Shown in pieces: positions 42,114-51,331 of a DNA stretch of 64,000 nucleotides (positions are counted from its first letter, which is position 1; each line of letters starts with the position of its first letter). A program made the translations under genes and the position numbers. This stretch comes from Chloroflexota bacterium (lineage in GTDB: Bacteria > Chloroflexota > Anaerolineae > Anaerolineales > VGOW01). The stretch spans positions 2,311 through 66,310 of the forward strand of contig VGOW01000015.1 of the NCBI GenBank assembly GCA_016875735.1, read 5' to 3'. The notes below the pieces were generated by a model, which ran no database searches, had not been told where the DNA came from, and worked only from the letters and a program-made list of their open reading frames with translations.

Positions 42114-44276
42114 TCACCCCATCTTTGCCAGGCATCGCTTCGCTTCGGTCAAGTTCTTCTGGGCGATTTCGTTGGTCGGATCGAGAGTGAGGCACAGTTC
42201 GAACCAATTCGCCGCCTCTCTCAAATCACCATCTTTTGCATACAGCACGCCCACATCGTGCGCGCTCAGCGCGTGCTTGGGGTTGATCGACAACTCGGCC
42301 ACGAACGCCTGCGCGGCGCGAAGGCTGTCGCCCACCGCCGAATACAGCGCCCCCAATTCGTAATGCAGGCCGGGCAGTTCCGGCGCGAGCGCAACTGCGC
42401 GCTCGAATTCTATGGCGCTGTGAATGAGGTCGCCGCGATCTCGCAGCGCCCGCGCGTATTGCGCCAGTTCATTGGCGCGAGAGATTGGATTGCGCGCGGA
42501 TTGGCCGAGCCGGGCGCGGACGGCATCGGTGAGGCAATTGGCGGATTCCAGCCAGCGACAAAAGTCCGGGACGCGATCCCGGTTCCCGGTGGAGGCCGCC
42601 ACCGAGTCGATGGCCGCCATCGTTTCCTCAATAAGCGACTCGGCGCTCAATCGCCTCTTGGCTTCATCCCTTTTGCCGAGCGCGAACAGCAGGAAAACGA
42701 TCATGCTCTGCGCCAGCCGTTTGCGGTCGGCGGGTTGCCGATTGTCGATAGATTGATCGAAGTGTTGAATTGCCTCCGCGAATCGGCCGGTGAACGCCAG
42801 CGACTTGGCGAGTTCGTGATGCAAACTGGCGTCGCTCATATGCAACACGGTGGCTTCTGCGCCCGCGACATCATGCGCTTCGAGTGCGCGGACAAACGAC
42901 TCGATGGCCAGATGATGATTGCTCATTCCCGCCGCCACTTGCCCGCGATACGTCCACGCCATGCGATCTTTTGGATAGAGCGCGACGGCTTCCTCGGCGC
43001 ACTGCAGCGCAGCCTGTGGCTCCCCGTTGAGGGCGTGGGCGCGAATGAGCGAGAGATGCGAGTTGGCGCGCAATCGCCAGTGCAGGCGGCTGTCGGCGAT
43101 GGCCTTTTTTAATTCGGCGATGGCTTCGGCGGGGCGGCTGAGGGTGATGAGTGTTGTGCCGAGATAATAATGCGCTATCGGGTTGTCCCATCCCGACTCG
43201 ATGCGCTGCCGCAACGCGGCGAAGTTGCGGCTGGCGCGACGCTGAACCGCCTCGCGGCTGGCATAGCCGAAGTGATACACCACCACATCGGTGTGCGCCG
43301 GCTGAAGGCCCGCCGCTTGCAGCGATGGCAAGATGCGCTCGTGGATCGCGCCCTCCCATTCGACGCCGGGCGCGTTTTGGAACAGCCATGGCTGGGCCAC
43401 AATATCTTCGCTCACGCCGTCGGCCAGCGGGCTGTGGATGTTGATGTTGTACGCTCCGGCGATGCCCGAGGCGACTGCCGCCTGTATCTTCGCCGCGCCG
43501 CCTTCTTCGATGGCCATGTCGCCGTCGAGGAACAGTACCCATTGCCCGGTGGCATGTTTGAGGGCTTCGTTTTTTGCGGCGGCAAAATCGGCGCGCCATT
43601 CGTAGCGCACAACTTTGGCGTTGAACGATTTGCCGATAGCGACCGTGTCATCGGTGGAGCCGGTGTCCACCAACACGATTTCATCGACGGCCTCCCGCGC
43701 CGATTCGAAAAGTTTGGGGAGATAGGCCGCCTCGTTCTTGGCAATGAGGCAGAGGGTGATGGTGGGCCGATCCGCCGACGAATCGGGGTGGGGCGCTGGA
43801 GATGCGGCAAACGTATGGCGGCGGGCGGCGTCCCGTTCGCGCCGGGCGATTTCGAGATTCGCGTGAATGGCTTTGAGATGCGGCGCGGCGCGCGCGGCCC
43901 GCTCGAAGTATGGGATCGCCTCGTCGTGATTTCCCAATCGAAGCCACAACACGCCGAGATTGTTTTGCGCGTGCGGGTGGTCGGGGCGCAGTTCGAGCGC
44001 GCGCTTGAATTGGCTCATGGCCTCCGAAAGATTGTTTTGCCGCACGAGGGTGAGGCCGAGATCGTTGAGGGCGTCCACGAAATGCGGGTCGGCGGCAATG
44101 GCTTCGTGGAAGGCTTTGGCCGAGCCGTCGAGTTGATTGCGTTCGCGCAGCCGCATTCCGCGATCGTAGGCTTCGCGGGCGGCGGCGACACTGCTCTGCC
44201 CATTGCCCGCTGTGAGCAGTTGCACGACGTTGTTAGGCGTGCCCGTTTTGGGAGGTTTGTGTTTGTGCTTTGACAT
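42114..44276 (-). CDS. 720-aa TPR-GT2-TPR protein glycosyltransferase-like enzyme
   Basis: N-terminal TPRs ('ALELRPDHPHAQNNLGVLWLRLGNHDEAIPYFERA'). GT2 core 'ITLCLIAKNEAAYLPKLFESAREAVDEIVLVDTGSTDDTVAI...WVLFLDGDM'. Long C-terminal TPR array. Confidence 0.8.
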   Translation of the reverse strand: MSKHKHKPPKTGTPNNVVQLLTAGNGQSSVAAAREAYDRGMRLRERNQLDGSAKAFHEAIAADPHFVDALNDLGLTLVRQNNLSEAMSQFKRALELRPDHPHAQNNLGVLWLRLGNHDEAIPYFERAARAAPHLKAIHANLEIARRERDAARRHTFAASPAPHPDSSADRPTITLCLIAKNEAAYLPKLFESAREAVDEIVLVDTGSTDDTVAIGKSFNAKVVRYEWRADFAAAKNEALKHATGQWVLFLDGDMAIEEGGAAKIQAAVASGIAGAYNINIHSPLADGVSEDIVAQPWLFQNAPGVEWEGAIHERILPSLQAAGLQPAHTDVVVYHFGYASREAVQRRASRNFAALRQRIESGWDNPIAHYYLGTTLITLSRPAEAIAELKKAIADSRLHWRLRANSHLSLIRAHALNGEPQAALQCAEEAVALYPKDRMAWTYRGQVAAGMSNHHLAIESFVRALEAHDVAGAEATVLHMSDASLHHELAKSLAFTGRFAEAIQHFDQSIDNRQPADRKRLAQSMIVFLLFALGKRDEAKRRLSAESLIEETMAAIDSVAASTGNRDRVPDFCRWLESANCLTDAVRARLGQSARNPISRANELAQYARALRDRGDLIHSAIEFERAVALAPELPGLHYELGALYSAVGDSLRAAQAFVAELSINPKHALSAHDVGVLYAKDGDLREAANWFELCLTLDPTNEIAQKNLTEAKRCLAKMG

Positions 44277-45540
44277 ATCGAATCGCTTGCAGAAGATCGG
44301 GGTCGTTGTGCCCGGCGGCGACGGCGATGTTGAAATGAGTCAGGGCCTGCGCCGGGCGATTGGTTTCGGCGCACAGAAATCCGAGTTGACGGTGGGCGTC
44401 GGCGTGCGATGGATCGATGCCGAGCGCGGTGTCGAAAGCCATTTCGGCTTCGGCGTGGTTGCCCATAAGGCTGTGCGCCAATCCAAATGAGCAATACACG
44501 TCGGGCGTGCGCAAGCCGTCGTCGAGCACGCGATGAAAATGGTTGAGGGCTTCGGGCAGGCGGCCAAGATAGGTGAGGCATTCGGCGAGCTGCAAACGCA
44601 AATGCTCGTCGGAGCGGTCGAGCACTGCGCCCTCTGCCGCAGATTGGCGCGGAAGGCCGAGCGCGCGCTCCATTGCGGGCACGGCTAACTCCACCCGATC
44701 CAACTGCACGTACACATTGGCGGCGGCGCTCCAGATCATACGGTCGCCGGGGAAGGCGCGGGTGGCGTCTTCCACCCGCCGCAGAGTCGCCTCGCGGCTT
44801 TCGAGGCCGGGCGAGAGGTTGATGAGCATGGTGTGGGCGTTGGCTTTCATGCGCCGCTCGGCGCTGGGCGAGGTGATCACCCATACCAATTTTTTCAGCG
44901 CCTCCATCTTGCGGCCCACGCGCACGTAAGCGCGAGCCAGATAGTATTGCGAGAGCGTGTCGTTCGGGTCGGCCTGCGATTCTAAAATTCGCATGTCGCG
45001 TTCGCCGCGCGCGGCCATCGCCGCATCGGTCATGTAGCCGAAGTGCATCACCACGATATCGGTCATTTGCGGCGGCATCTTGCGGGCGATGAGCGATGGC
45101 AGAATGTCTTCGTGGACTCGGCCAATGAATTCGACTCCCGGCGCGCGCTTGAACAGCCACGGCTGTGAAATGATCTCGGTGGTGACGCCGTCGGCGCGCG
45201 GGCTGTGGATGTTGAGGTAATACGATCCGGCTGAGCCGGACTCGGCGGCGCGGCGAATCTTTTCCGCGCCCCCGGCCGCCACTTCCATATCGGCGTCGAG
45301 CATGAGCGCCCACTCGCCGCTGGCGCGGGCGATGGCCGCGTTCTTTGCCGCGGCGAAATCGTCGCGCCATTCGAAGCGGTGGACGATTGCGCCGAGCGTT
45401 TGGGCCAGCGCAACGGTGCCGTCGGCGGAGCCGGTGTCCACCAGCACAATTTCATCGGCGGCGCCTCGCGCAGAGTCGAAGAGCCGCCGCAGGTTGGCGG
45501 CTTCGTTCTTGGCGATCAGGCATAGCGAAATGCGAGTCAT
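44233..45540 (-). CDS. 435-aa GT2-TPR glycosyltransferase (paralog of the preceding gene's core)
   Basis: 'ISLCLIAKNEAANLRRLFDSARGAADEIVLVDTGSADGTVAL...WALMLDADME' followed by TPRs. ATGA overlap with the upstream 1884-aa gene. Confidence 0.8.
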   Translation of the reverse strand: MTRISLCLIAKNEAANLRRLFDSARGAADEIVLVDTGSADGTVALAQTLGAIVHRFEWRDDFAAAKNAAIARASGEWALMLDADMEVAAGGAEKIRRAAESGSAGSYYLNIHSPRADGVTTEIISQPWLFKRAPGVEFIGRVHEDILPSLIARKMPPQMTDIVVMHFGYMTDAAMAARGERDMRILESQADPNDTLSQYYLARAYVRVGRKMEALKKLVWVITSPSAERRMKANAHTMLINLSPGLESREATLRRVEDATRAFPGDRMIWSAAANVYVQLDRVELAVPAMERALGLPRQSAAEGAVLDRSDEHLRLQLAECLTYLGRLPEALNHFHRVLDDGLRTPDVYCSFGLAHSLMGNHAEAEMAFDTALGIDPSHADAHRQLGFLCAETNRPAQALTHFNIAVAAGHNDPDLLQAIRYVKAQTQTSQNGHA

Positions 45541-48500
45541 GCGGCGACCAGCGCTTCTCGGAGGGCGGCAATCGCTGGATGCGCCGGTTCGATTTTTTCG
45601 AGATTATTCAGCGCCATGCGCGCCGCCTCCGCGTCGCCGAGCTCGAGCCCCAGCCTGCCGAAGGCGATGAGCACATCGGGATTCTTCGGGGCCAGCCCGA
45701 CGGCGCGTTTCACGTTCTCGGCGGCGTCGGCGTAACGCTCTTGGGCGCGATACAACTCCACCAGATTCAACAGCGAGTCCACGTTGTCGGGTTCGAGTTC
45801 CAGCGCGTTGCGAAAAGCTTGCTCGGCGGCTTCGCCTTCGCCGTTTTGGTACAGCGCGACTCCGAGTTGATTGCGCAGGCCAATCTCAGCCGGGGCGAGT
45901 TGAACAGCGCGAGCGAAGGCGCGCGCGGCGGAGCCGTAATCGGCTTTGGCCAGCAGGGTGGAGCCGAGCGCGGCGTGGCCGCTGACGAGGTCGGGATACT
46001 CGCTAGTGAGAGTCTCGAAGATCATCATCGCCCGATCCCATTGCTGGGCAGAGGCGGCTTGTGTCCCATCGGCAAACAAAGCCTTCACCCGCTCCTGTGC
46101 TTTGTGCAGGGCATCGAACTCTGCGCCCTCGTCATCGGCCAGCGCATCGTGGTGAACATAGGCATCCACCGCCACCGCCAACTTGAATCCCGCCACCGCG
46201 ACTCGCGCGAAGTATTCCCACAACGACTCGGCGAACGGCAAGTCTTCGCGCAATGGCCCCACCGCGCGATGAGCCTTGCCATTGAACAGGGCGCAGAAGC
46301 CGCCGAGATAGGCGGCCTCCTTCACTTCGCCGTCATGTTTGCGCGCCCATTGTTTGGCGAACTGCCGCATCGGGCGGCCCGTGCCGTCGTATTTGCTTTT
46401 GATCGACTGCGGCGCCGGGGCGCGATTGGAGACCGGCCCCACGATGGCAATCGAAGAATCGCTGTCGAGCGCCAACCTCATTCGCTCCAGCCATCCGGCA
46501 GTCACAATCACATCGCTGGAAAGGAGCGCAACGGGATCTTCATTGGCGGCGCTCAGCGCTTCATTGAGCGCGCGCGCCAGCGATTGCTCGCTGGATCGCA
46601 CCCGCCAATCGTTCGCCGCTTGCGGCGGGGTGAAAATGGGCGACCCGGCGGAGACGAGGGTGATGTCCAGCGGACAGTCCGTATTGTTCTGAAGCGATGA
46701 CCAGGCTTCGGCGGACGGCTTGCCGGTGACGGCGACCACTGTCGCCAAACGTTTCATTTCGGGTTGCCGTTCACGCCGGATGGGGCGGCCTCTCACTTCG
46801 AGCAATCGCGCGCGGACTCGTTGCGCGGCGGTATCCCACGAGAAGTTCCGATGGATATGCTCGCTGGCGCGTTTCCCTTTGCTTCGCGCCTCAACCGGAT
46901 TCTCGAACACGTGCCGCATCCACTGCGCCGTCGCCGCGCGATCCGGCTCGAACACAAAAGGCTTGCCCGCCAATTCCCACTGGCCGATTCGATTCTCGGC
47001 CAACTCTTGCCGCGCCGCCGGAATGAGATAGGCGTTGGAGTCGTCGCAGAAATCGAGGCACGCGCCCGCGCCGGTGACGATGACCGGCAGGCCGCAGGCC
47101 ATCGCTTCGGCGATAGGCAGGCCAAAGCCCTCGCCGCGATACGGATGCACGAGGCAATCGCAAGCGGTGTACAGGTCGGGAATGTCGGCGGGCGCGATGG
47201 GATCGCTGAGATACAGGATCTCGGGCGCGTCGGGGTTGGCGGCGATTTGCTTGATCTGCTCGGCGAGGTTCTGGCCTTTGTAAAACGAGTCGCCGCCCAT
47301 ATCTTTGATCACGAGGCACACATCGTCTTGGGCGGTGAAGGCGCGCAAGTAGGCGTCGAGCAGCACATCGGGGCCTTTGCGCCAAATGGTGCCGCCGACG
47401 AAAAGGAACTTGAACTTCTTTTGCGTGGGCAGGGCCATGCGCGGCGCATTGGGGTTGAACAGACTCGCGTCGATGCCGTTGGGCACCACATGCACCTGAT
47501 CGGCAGGCAGGCCGCTTTCGATGTAACACTGGCGCACAAAGTTGCTGGGCGTCCACACCTCATCCACTTGCGGCTTCATCGCCTCGATCCATTTCTTGGG
47601 GATGCCGCCGTATTCCCACGGCTGAATGATCACCCAATGGCCTTCGGCGGGCGGGGCAAAGTTGGGCGGCCACTGATGGCGCACATGCACATCGGCGCGG
47701 GCCAGGGGCCGGTTCAATCGCTCATTGATGAGGTCGAAACGCGGATCGGCTTCGGGGCCGAACTGATGTAACTCGTACGGGATGATCGAGAGCGAGGTGT
47801 TTTCGTCCTGCGCCAGCCGGATGCACAATTCGCGGTTGACCAGCGCCAGCGAATGATGCACGAATTGTGATCCTTCCCAGCGCACGGCGAGAGGCCGGGC
47901 AAGGGGCTTAAGCTCCTTGCCTCCGTTCAGTTCGGCGTGAATGGCGCGGAGGCGGTCGGCGGCAATACGGCTGACCGCGCTCCATTGCCACTTGGCAATC
48001 ATGTCTTGCCGCGCTCTCGCGCCGATGGAGGCCGCTTCTGCCGGATGCTCACGCGTCCAGCGCAGAAGTTTGGTCAGGTGTGGCACTGATGGCTCGGCCC
48101 ACTGCTGGCCGCGATAGAAGGCGAACTCCATTCGGTCGTCAATCGTCGCCAGCCGCTCAACGTCGAGCAGCAGGCTGTTGCCGTCGTTCATGAATTCGAG
48201 ATTGCCGCTCCAGCGCGTGGCGATCACTGGCAACCCGCAGGCCATGGCCTGCATGTGAGGCCGCCCCCAACCTTCGCCGCGCGAGGGGGCCACGTACACA
48301 GTCGCCGCCGCGAAGAGGCGGGGCAAGTCGGCTTCGGGCACTTGCTCGCCCAACACAATGATGGGCGCGAGTTCGGAACGCTGGTATTTCAAATCATTGG
48401 TAATGAAATTGTCGATGCGCCGCTCGATCTCTGCGGTGTTGTCCACCGACTCGATAGCGTTGACCGGATAGGCGCGAATGACGAGACTCACATCGTCGGC

Positions 48501-51191
48501 GGCGCTGAACGCCTGCGCCCACGCGCGGAGCAGAACATCCCAACCTTTGCGATACACCCACTCGAAGATCGAAAGGAACACTGTGCCGCGCGCGCCCGGA
48601 ATGGGCAGGGGGTTGAGGCCGGGCTTGAATATGTCGGTGTCGATGCCGCCGGGAACTTTGAAGAGACGAGTCGTTACCCCCGCGCGCCGAAAGGTTTCCA
48701 TGTTGAAGTCGGTCGGCGCCCACACCTCATCCATTTGATTGCAGGCCGCCACCCATTCGGCCGGCAGGCCGTCGGTCTCGAACATCGCCCGCCCGATGTT
48801 GTACGAAGCGTTAGAGTTGCGCTGAAAGGCGTAGGCAGGAAAATGAATTACGCTGATCGATCCCGGCTGGGCAGGGGTGGAAATCATCGCGTCGAGTTGC
48901 GATAGCGTGGCCGGGTCGAGTTGTTTGCGGAACGTTTCCGAGTGGCGGCCAATGGCGCGGGCGGTGGGCGGCAGGCCGTGGGCGCGAAGGCCGATGAGGA
49001 AGTGACGCGCCTCGTCGGCGTAGCCGCTGGGATCGAAGATGGGCGCGCGCCACACCACTGCCGGATTCTCGAGCGGCGGCGCCGAGCGAGTCCGGGTTGC
49101 GGAGCGGCCAGTGTGCTTGGCCCGCCCCAGCGCTTTGATGCGCTCGATTATCCACTCTGCGGTGCGTGTCGGAGTCCAGGCCATTTTGATATCTCGGTGA
49201 GCCCGCAATCCCACGGCGCGGGAGTGGTCGCGATCATCGAAGACTTCGCGCAAGAGTGCGGCAGTGTGCTTGATCGAAGGCTGCGCCCAGCGTTGATCGG
49301 AAGTGTAAAACGGATTCTCCCGAGTCTGGTCGGCGTCGACCGGAACCAACCCCTCGACATTAATGAGATAACTATTCTCATCTGTCATGAAATCGAGATG
49401 ACTGCTCCAGCGTGTGCCGATGACAGGTTTGCCCATAGCCATGGCTTCCATATATGGAATGCCCCATCCCTCGCCGCGTGTAGGCAATACAAAGGCGTCG
49501 GCGGCGGCAAATAGAGACGGCAGAGATGCGTCGGGGATGAAGTCATCGAGCAGAATGATGGGCGGAATGCGCTTGGGGTTATGACCGAGTCGGCGAATAA
49601 AGGCATCGATGCGCTGAGGAATGGGAGGGGTTTTGATGCGGTCGGGGTACGTGCGCAGGTATAGGCAAACGTCGTCGTTCGCCGTGAACGCCGAAAGATA
49701 GGCCTCGATGAGGATGTCCCATCCCTTTCGCTTATTCCATTGAAACACCGAGAGGAAGTTGAAGCCGCGCCGTTGGGCCAGCGCCATCGGTTGGACGCGC
49801 GACGGATCATAAACTGTGCTGTCTATTCCAAAAGGGATCACCTGTATACGTTCTGCGCTTACACCGGAAGCGGCAAACAACTCTCGATTGAAAGAACTCG
49901 GCACCCACACTTCATCCATGCGGTTGAGCGAATCTGCCCAGCCGGAAGGCAGGCGGTCGGTTTCCCACATGGTGAGGCCGATATGGGAATCGAAGGAAGG
50001 GCTTTCTTGGCAAAGGCGGGCGAAGATATCCTTGCCGCTCCAAGAGACTGGGGGATGAAAATAGACACCCACTCCCCTTTGCACACGATTGTCCAATAGG
50101 CGATTCCAGAACTGCACTGCCTGTTGATCTTGGTTCAATCCTTGCGCAAAGTCCTTGTTCACTGAGAGCGGGTAAACTTGGATTAGGGTGCCGCAACGAT
50201 CCAGCGCCGGGAGAGTGTGGCGCGAGAGCCAGGCGTAGCCGCTGAAGTCGAAAACGTTGGCCACCCAACCAATAGAGAGGGCGGGCGAATCGGATACTGC
50301 ATCCAACGACCGACTCGTCGGTTGTCCTGCAAGGGCTCCGGCTTGGCCCGAATCGTCTCGCTGAAAACTCGCTCGGGGTGCGGGCGTGGCGGCTTCTGGT
50401 TTTGGGACGGCGACGAGGCGTACTATTGTTTCCGCTTGCTCGTCATTTGGATTGAGTTCGAGCGCCCGCCGCGCTGATGCTTCGGCTTCTGCCACAAATC
50501 CACTGTGCCATAGCACTGCGGCCAAATTACTGTGCCCCGGCGCGTATGCTGGATGTGACTGTGTGGCCCTGACAAACTCACGGCGAGCCAAATCTACCTC
50601 TCCGACGCGGAGCGAAATGTTGCCGAGGGCTACAAGCAATTGTGGATCATCGGGCACGATGCCAAGCGCCTGCGTGAGCGCATCGCGAGCCGCGGCGAAA
50701 TCGCCCATAGCGAAATACTCGTCGGCTTGCCTTCGCAATTCTTCGCGCACAATGTTGAGAATGTATTGCAGATGATCGGCTTCGAGGGATGGGCCTTTTT
50801 CGACGGCGGTTTGATAGTTGATCGCCAACATGGCCTTGAACACATCGCCCACTTCGGCCATGCGTTGGCGGAGAAGAATGGCGGGCGTGTTCGAGGCGAG
50901 CAACTCGGCGAGGAATCCGGCGGCGTGATCCACATCGGCTACCGAGACGGCAACACTGCCGCCAAGCATTTGCTCGATGGCCGCGGCGAGTTGTTGCAGT
51001 TGATCGGGATCGGGCGGGGCAGGCGGATCGGTTGTGACGGCTACGTTGCGCAGTAGATGTTGGTAGGGTGGGCTCGCAGGATAGGCTCTCGCTGGATCGT
51101 CATTCTTGCCAATGTTGCCATGGCCCGCTCGGGCTTTCATCGAGCGGTGCCATTTCACGAGATTATCCCAATTGAAATGACGAGTTTCCAT
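45537..51191 (-). CDS. 1884-aa multidomain enzyme: helical motif + TPR + three tandem GT4 modules + GT2-like domain + TPR
   Basis: Three GT-B modules with repeated motifs: 'MDEVWVPSSF...LPTRGEGWGIPYMEAMAMGKPVIGT', 'MDEVWAPTDF...APSRGEGWGRPHMQAMACGLPVIAT', 'VDEVWTPSNF...HPYRGEGFGLPIAEAMACGLPVIVT'. Then 'VALLSSDVIVTAGWLERM...IAIVGPVSN' (GT-A-like). TPRs at both ends. No TM helix seen. Confidence 0.8.
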   Translation of the reverse strand: METRHFNWDNLVKWHRSMKARAGHGNIGKNDDPARAYPASPPYQHLLRNVAVTTDPPAPPDPDQLQQLAAAIEQMLGGSVAVSVADVDHAAGFLAELLASNTPAILLRQRMAEVGDVFKAMLAINYQTAVEKGPSLEADHLQYILNIVREELRRQADEYFAMGDFAAARDALTQALGIVPDDPQLLVALGNISLRVGEVDLARREFVRATQSHPAYAPGHSNLAAVLWHSGFVAEAEASARRALELNPNDEQAETIVRLVAVPKPEAATPAPRASFQRDDSGQAGALAGQPTSRSLDAVSDSPALSIGWVANVFDFSGYAWLSRHTLPALDRCGTLIQVYPLSVNKDFAQGLNQDQQAVQFWNRLLDNRVQRGVGVYFHPPVSWSGKDIFARLCQESPSFDSHIGLTMWETDRLPSGWADSLNRMDEVWVPSSFNRELFAASGVSAERIQVIPFGIDSTVYDPSRVQPMALAQRRGFNFLSVFQWNKRKGWDILIEAYLSAFTANDDVCLYLRTYPDRIKTPPIPQRIDAFIRRLGHNPKRIPPIILLDDFIPDASLPSLFAAADAFVLPTRGEGWGIPYMEAMAMGKPVIGTRWSSHLDFMTDENSYLINVEGLVPVDADQTRENPFYTSDQRWAQPSIKHTAALLREVFDDRDHSRAVGLRAHRDIKMAWTPTRTAEWIIERIKALGRAKHTGRSATRTRSAPPLENPAVVWRAPIFDPSGYADEARHFLIGLRAHGLPPTARAIGRHSETFRKQLDPATLSQLDAMISTPAQPGSISVIHFPAYAFQRNSNASYNIGRAMFETDGLPAEWVAACNQMDEVWAPTDFNMETFRRAGVTTRLFKVPGGIDTDIFKPGLNPLPIPGARGTVFLSIFEWVYRKGWDVLLRAWAQAFSAADDVSLVIRAYPVNAIESVDNTAEIERRIDNFITNDLKYQRSELAPIIVLGEQVPEADLPRLFAAATVYVAPSRGEGWGRPHMQAMACGLPVIATRWSGNLEFMNDGNSLLLDVERLATIDDRMEFAFYRGQQWAEPSVPHLTKLLRWTREHPAEAASIGARARQDMIAKWQWSAVSRIAADRLRAIHAELNGGKELKPLARPLAVRWEGSQFVHHSLALVNRELCIRLAQDENTSLSIIPYELHQFGPEADPRFDLINERLNRPLARADVHVRHQWPPNFAPPAEGHWVIIQPWEYGGIPKKWIEAMKPQVDEVWTPSNFVRQCYIESGLPADQVHVVPNGIDASLFNPNAPRMALPTQKKFKFLFVGGTIWRKGPDVLLDAYLRAFTAQDDVCLVIKDMGGDSFYKGQNLAEQIKQIAANPDAPEILYLSDPIAPADIPDLYTACDCLVHPYRGEGFGLPIAEAMACGLPVIVTGAGACLDFCDDSNAYLIPAARQELAENRIGQWELAGKPFVFEPDRAATAQWMRHVFENPVEARSKGKRASEHIHRNFSWDTAAQRVRARLLEVRGRPIRRERQPEMKRLATVVAVTGKPSAEAWSSLQNNTDCPLDITLVSAGSPIFTPPQAANDWRVRSSEQSLARALNEALSAANEDPVALLSSDVIVTAGWLERMRLALDSDSSIAIVGPVSNRAPAPQSIKSKYDGTGRPMRQFAKQWARKHDGEVKEAAYLGGFCALFNGKAHRAVGPLREDLPFAESLWEYFARVAVAGFKLAVAVDAYVHHDALADDEGAEFDALHKAQERVKALFADGTQAASAQQWDRAMMIFETLTSEYPDLVSGHAALGSTLLAKADYGSAARAFARAVQLAPAEIGLRNQLGVALYQNGEGEAAEQAFRNALELEPDNVDSLLNLVELYRAQERYADAAENVKRAVGLAPKNPDVLIAFGRLGLELGDAEAARMALNNLEKIEPAHPAIAALREALVAA

Positions 51192-51240
51192 GCTGTCTCT
51201 CCATGCAGGTTATTCAACGACCGACAAAGCGGTCGCCGCC

Positions 51241-51273
51241 AGTGTATTACCGGGGGCGATTGTCGTCAGTAAA
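51241..51273 (-). promoter_or_regulatory. Promoter-like element TTTACTGACG-N17-TACACT upstream of the 1884-aa GT gene
   Basis: Minus strand agTTTACTGACGacaatcgcccccggtaaTACACT, about 50 nt upstream of ATG 51191. Confidence 0.4.
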
Positions 51274-51331
51274 CTTCGGGTAAACCCTGCGTTAAGTTGA
51301 GGTGAATTGGCTAAAGTTTTGCGCGGGGCGG

